Assembly (NCBI GenBank): GCA_038063025.1
Contig: JBBTWA010000048.1
Coordinates: 1 to 31,441, forward strand
Direction of reading: 5' to 3'
Length of the DNA: 31,441 bases
Source of the DNA: Patescibacteria group bacterium
GTDB taxonomy: Bacteria > Patescibacteriota > Minisyncoccia > Phycocordibacterales > Phycocordibacteraceae
Made by a program: the position numbers and the translations under genes. Shown in pieces: positions 27,881-31,441 of this stretch; positions within the stretch are counted from its first letter, which is position 1, and the number at the start of each line of letters is the position of its first letter. Under the pieces are notes generated by a model. That model was not told the origin of the DNA. It did not search any database and saw nothing but the letters and a program-made list of their open reading frames with translations.

Positions 27881-28522
27881 TTATGCCTTACGAGCTTTCG
27901 CGACAAACGAAAGCGCGAACAGATTCGGCCATGCACGAGCCAGGAAGCGCATGAGATGGCTCAGCACAGGCACCCGTTCAAGGAACGTATTCACTCTCAT
28001 CACATCAACAACAAGACCGGATGCCGAAAGCATGGATAGCAGAATAGCATGATTGAACCAGTATATATGCCCTTTATTCGACCGATTGTTTTCCGGCACT
28101 CTTCCAAAAAGAGCTTGGAGTCGCGCGGGTAGCGAACTGAAATTAGGTACTCCGATTATGACGTATTTTTTTGAAACACGAGCAGCTTCTTTCAAAAGCG
28201 TCTCTGGTGCATAGAGGTGCTCGAGTACATCAAGCATCACAACGGTATCAAATGTGTTATCTGCAAATGGAATCGGCTTATTAAAATCAAAAAATGAAGC
28301 GGTTAAGCCTTTCGCGCGTGTCTTCGCAATGCCATTTTTCGAGATGTCGAGACCTTCGCCTTCGATGCCCTTCTGTTTCAAGAGCGATAAGAAGAGTCCG
28401 TCACCCGATCCGAGATCAAGAACATTTCCTCGCTCTATCATGCCGAGTGCTGCCTCATGGCGGAAGCAAATTTTTTGGTCGTCTTTCGCCCACCTTGTAT
28501 CTTCAAATTTATGTACATTCAT
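27881..28522 (-). CDS. Class I SAM-dependent methyltransferase (MetW/Methyltransf_11-like)
   Basis: VLDLGSGDG, GLDIS, FDTVVMLDVLEH, VPNF...R...GRVP. Confidence 0.88.
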   Translation of the reverse strand: MNVHKFEDTRWAKDDQKICFRHEAALGMIERGNVLDLGSGDGLFLSLLKQKGIEGEGLDISKNGIAKTRAKGLTASFFDFNKPIPFADNTFDTVVMLDVLEHLYAPETLLKEAARVSKKYVIIGVPNFSSLPARLQALFGRVPENNRSNKGHIYWFNHAILLSMLSASGLVVDVMRVNTFLERVPVLSHLMRFLARAWPNLFALSFVAKARKA

Positions 28523-28535
28523 ACCGTCATAAATT

Positions 28536-29696
28536 TTAGTGTATCAAGAGACGACTCAGATCCTCGAATACACGAGTCGGCATATCACCAACTTTGGCGA
28601 GATGAGCGCGAGCGACGGTCTCGGCACGGATGGGAAGCTCTAGGCGTACTCGCGTATCTTCTATGAATCCGACAATGCCGAGCGAGAGCGCAGTCGGGTC
28701 GTCCACTGGCACAGAGAGAACGTCTTCGTAACCCTTGAATACTTCGCCAACGATGCCGACGTCAGTTGTGATGATGGGCACCCTCGCGAGTGCGGCTTCA
28801 ATCAGCGTTCTGCCGTAGCCTTCATACGCGCTCGCTTGAATGAATGCGTTCGCGCTCCCCATGAGAGCTCTGGCGTCAGGTCTCTCCCCGAGGAATATAA
28901 CTCTGTCTGCGAGCCCGAGGTGGCGCGCCATTCTTTCCAATCGCCTTCGCTCGCTACCAGAACCGACGATAAAGAGGCCTACCATCGGATACTGCTTGGC
29001 GACAAGCGCGAGCGCCGTGAGGATGTCTTCTATGCGCTTTTCGGGCTCTAAGCGCCCAACAGAGATGAGAGAGAAGGTAAACGGGTGTTCTGGCAGTCGT
29101 ATGGGCTCTGGCACGGTAGAATCAACGGCTACAGGGATAACAGACGGCTCGGGAATTATGGAGCCATAGCGGGCTACAAGCGACTTCTTCACACGCTCTG
29201 AGACGACGCGGATGCCGTCTGCACGAGGCAGTACTCTGTCGGCGATTCGTCGTCGCCAGCGATTCAGGAGTGGCATTCGCACGCGCGGGCTCCTCCAATT
29301 ACCGCTTTTTATAAACCATGGGGAGAGAAAATCTGTATGCACTTGGATATGCAGTTTGGGTCTTGGTGCTTGGATTTTGGATATTGCACGAAGGGCTGCG
29401 AGCCCGTGCTCAAAGGGGTCCTGCGCCGAGACGATTTCAATGCCGTATTGAAGAATAAGCCAGTGCGCTCGCTCCGCGAGCGCACGAACACGGAATATCT
29501 TCCACGCATGCACCGGATGCAAAAAAAGATTTCCGTCCTGTTCTTCTCTCGCGTCTTTACTTGCAGAAGAAACAATGTGCAACTCTCCTGCCTGCGCAGG
29601 CAGGCCTATAGCCGCCGCATACGCGCGCATACGCGCGCGCGCGGCGCTGGCCGCATCAAATATCGTAGGGTCGTTTGAAACAAAGAGGACTTTCAT
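28536..29696 (-). CDS. GT4 glycosyltransferase
   Basis: MKVLFVSND start (29696 preferred over 29768), VGRLEPEKR, VGSG, EGYGRTLIEAA (EX7E), TTDVG. Confidence 0.92.
   Translation of the reverse strand: MKVLFVSNDPTIFDAASAARARMRAYAAAIGLPAQAGELHIVSSASKDAREEQDGNLFLHPVHAWKIFRVRALAERAHWLILQYGIEIVSAQDPFEHGLAALRAISKIQAPRPKLHIQVHTDFLSPWFIKSGNWRSPRVRMPLLNRWRRRIADRVLPRADGIRVVSERVKKSLVARYGSIIPEPSVIPVAVDSTVPEPIRLPEHPFTFSLISVGRLEPEKRIEDILTALALVAKQYPMVGLFIVGSGSERRRLERMARHLGLADRVIFLGERPDARALMGSANAFIQASAYEGYGRTLIEAALARVPIITTDVGIVGEVFKGYEDVLSVPVDDPTALSLGIVGFIEDTRVRLELPIRAETVARAHLAKVGDMPTRVFEDLSRLLIH
29587..29604. repeat. Perfect 18-bp palindrome CCTGCCTGCGCAGGCAGG inside the GT4 CDS
   Basis: The sequence equals its own reverse complement; it encodes the LPAQAG segment. 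Confidence 0.9.
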
Positions 29697-29698
29697 AT
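29692..29698. repeat. 7-bp direct repeat TTCATAT, left copy (right copy at 30275-30281), flanking dinJ-yafQ
   Basis: Identical 7-mers at both boundaries of the toxin-antitoxin cassette. Confidence 0.6.
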
Positions 29699-29967
29699 TA
29701 TTTAAAAAGATCAGGGTGGGTCCCTGTTCTTGCGACAAATACTGTTTCCGGTGTAAGTGCATACACAAGAAGCCAATCTGATTCCAAATGACACTCCCAA
29801 TATCCTAGATACTCGCCTTGTAGCTTATGTGCACGATAACGATTGGGCAGATATCCTTTTATGGAAAGGAGCGTTACCGCATTAATAAGTTTCTTAACAC
29901 TTCTTCCTCGGCGTGTCATGCGCGCTTGGTCTTTTTTGAGCGCAGGCAGATACACTATGTCGCGCAT
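29698..29967 (-). CDS. yafQ: YafQ-family type II toxin (ribosome-dependent mRNA interferase)
   Basis: 89 aa; KKD, HKLQG, WECHLESDWLLVY, RTGTHPDLF are YafQ motifs. Confidence 0.92.
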   Translation of the reverse strand: MRDIVYLPALKKDQARMTRRGRSVKKLINAVTLLSIKGYLPNRYRAHKLQGEYLGYWECHLESDWLLVYALTPETVFVARTGTHPDLFK

Positions 29968-29972
29968 GATGA

Positions 29973-30245
29973 TTATGCAGTCTTGGAAACTTTTCGCATC
30001 TCTTTAATGAAGTCGTTCAGAGAGACGCGGGCACCCTCACCGTGCTTCATGGCGCGGATTGCTGTACGCGTCTCGGCATTTGGCACATGAAGAGAAAATG
30101 GTATTCCCTTGTCACTCACAATACGTCTATAAAATACGTTAATCGCTTCTGAAGGGGATATGCCAATCTTAGACAGCACCGTTTCAGCCTTCTCTTTTAT
30201 TGAAGGCTGTATACGGGCGCGCACTAAAGCAGTTTTTGTAGTCAT
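29973..30245 (-). CDS. dinJ: RelB/DinJ-family antitoxin (ribbon-helix-helix)
   Basis: VRARI...K..AE.VL..IG.S.SEAI..F...I....GIPF...PNAET..A; directly upstream of yafQ. ATG at 30245 preferred over 30272. Confidence 0.92.
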   Translation of the reverse strand: MTTKTALVRARIQPSIKEKAETVLSKIGISPSEAINVFYRRIVSDKGIPFSLHVPNAETRTAIRAMKHGEGARVSLNDFIKEMRKVSKTA

Positions 30246-30251
30246 ATTAGG

Positions 30252-30273
30252 ATTGTAGCACATGTGTGCCACA
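30252..30273 (-). promoter_or_regulatory. Leaderless extended -10 promoter (TGCTACAAT) overlapped by an imperfect palindromic operator
   Basis: TGCTACAAT at 30260-30252 lies 6 nt before the dinJ ATG; palindrome TGTaGCACAtgTGTGCcACA at 30254-30273 (16/20 symmetric). Confidence 0.65.
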
Positions 30274-30275
30274 GT

Positions 30276-31313
30276 TCATATATGCATTTCCTCGGCGAGG
30301 CGCCGCGCAAGTACGGAAAGCGTGTGTGCATCTATCGTCTTCGCCTGCAATTCGCGGACATGCGCATTCCGTTCTTCTTCGGAGAACGCGAGCGACTTCT
30401 CCAGATGATTCGCCAGGTCGTCTGTGTCACTATCTCTATATGCGAATTCAGGACCGGCAATTTCTTTCATGTCGGCGCTCGAAAAGAGCGGGAGACATCC
30501 GCAAGCGATAGATTTGAAAAGCGATTTATCAAGCATCCCGCTTTTCCCGCAGTTCACATATATCGTGTGCGAACGATAGTAGCGATAAGTGTCTGTCGCC
30601 GGCACCGGACCGACGAAAGTAACTTTATCTGAAAGTCCTAGCTCTACTGCGCGTTCTTCAACTTCTTTTGGAAACGATGAACTTTGGTCCTTCGGACCGC
30701 CGACAAAGGTGGCAGTAAACATAATTCCATTTTCTGCTATTTTCCCCAGCGCTTCCACAACAAGGTCCGGACGCTTTGATTTATCAAATCTGCCGAGAAA
30801 GAGGACCGAGCGCGGTTTTCGCTCTACCGGAATATCCAAGCGGCATGAGTCGACATCAACACCGACCGGCATCTGCACTGCTTGGGAATATTTTGACGTG
30901 TAAGACGATTTGGACGTATAAAATACTTTATCGCAGAAGAGCGCGGCGATATCGGTAAGAATATTTCCATCATAGTGATTGCGCCACATGTACACTCGCT
31001 TTCCGAGAAGCTTGAAAAGCCATCCTGCAACCAGCAGGTATTCCTGATTCATGTGCACTAGAACCGCATCATACTCGTTACGGCGCGTCCACGTCAGGCC
31101 AATGGCTCGAAATGCCGTGCGGAACCTAGCGCGATATCCCCACGGGCGAAGCGGAATAACTGTTATGTTCTCCGGTAGCTCATATTCGCCAATCCGAAGT
31201 GCAAAAATCGTAATGTGCTCAAAATGTTGAGAGAGCTCAACTATCCAGCTATGGAACCTGCCAAGCGTTGAGTCCTTACGGTCAACGGTCTGCATGAATA
31301 TAAGAAGACGCAT
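30276..31313 (-). CDS. GT4 glycosyltransferase
   Basis: MRLLIF.Q.VD..D..LG.F..W, VHMN.EY, LFLGRFDKSKRP, FVGG, GMLDKSLFKSIACG. ATG at 31313 preferred over the TTG at 31322. Confidence 0.88.
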   Translation of the reverse strand: MRLLIFMQTVDRKDSTLGRFHSWIVELSQHFEHITIFALRIGEYELPENITVIPLRPWGYRARFRTAFRAIGLTWTRRNEYDAVLVHMNQEYLLVAGWLFKLLGKRVYMWRNHYDGNILTDIAALFCDKVFYTSKSSYTSKYSQAVQMPVGVDVDSCRLDIPVERKPRSVLFLGRFDKSKRPDLVVEALGKIAENGIMFTATFVGGPKDQSSSFPKEVEERAVELGLSDKVTFVGPVPATDTYRYYRSHTIYVNCGKSGMLDKSLFKSIACGCLPLFSSADMKEIAGPEFAYRDSDTDDLANHLEKSLAFSEEERNAHVRELQAKTIDAHTLSVLARRLAEEMHI

Positions 31314-31328
31314 AATATACAACTAATA

Positions 31329-31337
31329 TGGTACACT
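31329..31337 (+). promoter_or_regulatory. Leaderless extended -10 promoter TGGTACACT
   Basis: Matches TGnTAnnnT exactly 7 nt upstream of the GTG at 31345. Confidence 0.55.
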
Positions 31338-31344
31338 ACAGCAC

Positions 31345-31441
31345 GTGAAAATCATACTGGCTACACCGGTCTATCCGCCCGAATTTGGCGGTCCGGCTAC
31401 ATATACAAAGGGGCTCGCCATAAAGCTCCGTGACGAACACG
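31345..31441 (+). CDS. GT4 glycosyltransferase, N-terminal fragment (runs off the window edge)
   Basis: Not in the ORF track. GTG start; MKIILATPVYPPEFGGPATYTKGLAIKLRDEH matches the YPPxxGGxxxY N-terminal motif of GT4 enzymes. Confidence 0.8.
   Translation, partial: MKIILATPVYPPEFGGPATYTKGLAIKLRDEH

Noticed and set aside
29697-29768. Longer N-termini given by the ORF track (29768; also 4550, 18389, 18437, 30272, 31322)
   Set aside because: They overlap neighbouring genes or promoters; downstream starts match family N-termini and coupling or leaderless geometry.
1-31441. CRISPR arrays, tRNA/rRNA, IS/transposase, integrase or prophage genes; recoded stop codons
   Set aside because: I saw no regularly spaced repeats, RNA-gene signatures or recombinase motifs. 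TGA, TAA and TAG all end genes at sensible family lengths, so table 11 fits. Small ncRNAs cannot be excluded by eye.

Overview
A 31.4 kb, very gene-dense (translation table 11) surface-glycan biosynthesis region. It probably comes from a Patescibacteria/CPR (Parcubacteria-like) genome. That is an inference from the near-absence of Shine-Dalgarno sites, leaderless-type extended -10 promoters, tightly overlapping genes and the murB + large ligase-TPR pairing; nothing here proves it. Layout: (i) a minus-strand pair, an O-antigen-ligase-like/TPR membrane protein followed by murB, which runs off the left edge; (ii) a 14-gene plus-strand operon (2634-16740): gmd, fcl/colC-like, wzm, wzt, CmcI-like methyltransferase, GT2, colD-like PLP 3-dehydratase, GT11, asnB-like amidotransferase, GT4, two GT2, FkbM methyltransferase, second GT11; (iii) an AT-rich middle part with an RmlB-like SDR, an isochorismatase-family gene carrying its own promoter, RBS and terminator, and a large GT-C-like membrane protein; (iv) an 11-gene minus-strand block (31313-20778): GT4s, a dinJ-yafQ toxin-antitoxin pair, a MetW-like methyltransferase, a GT4-GtrA fusion, a GT-C, two DPM1-like GT2s and an RmlD-methyltransferase fusion; (v) the start of another GT4 at the right edge. 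Most notable: a candidate GDP-colitose pathway (gmd + His188-type colD + fcl/colC + GT11) with ABC export and a ligase/OST-like enzyme; a dinJ-yafQ cassette bounded by a 7-bp direct repeat whose removal restores an ATGA gene overlap; and an 18-bp perfect palindrome that looks like an in-frame insertion inside a GT4 gene. I saw no rRNA, tRNA, CRISPR array or transposase.
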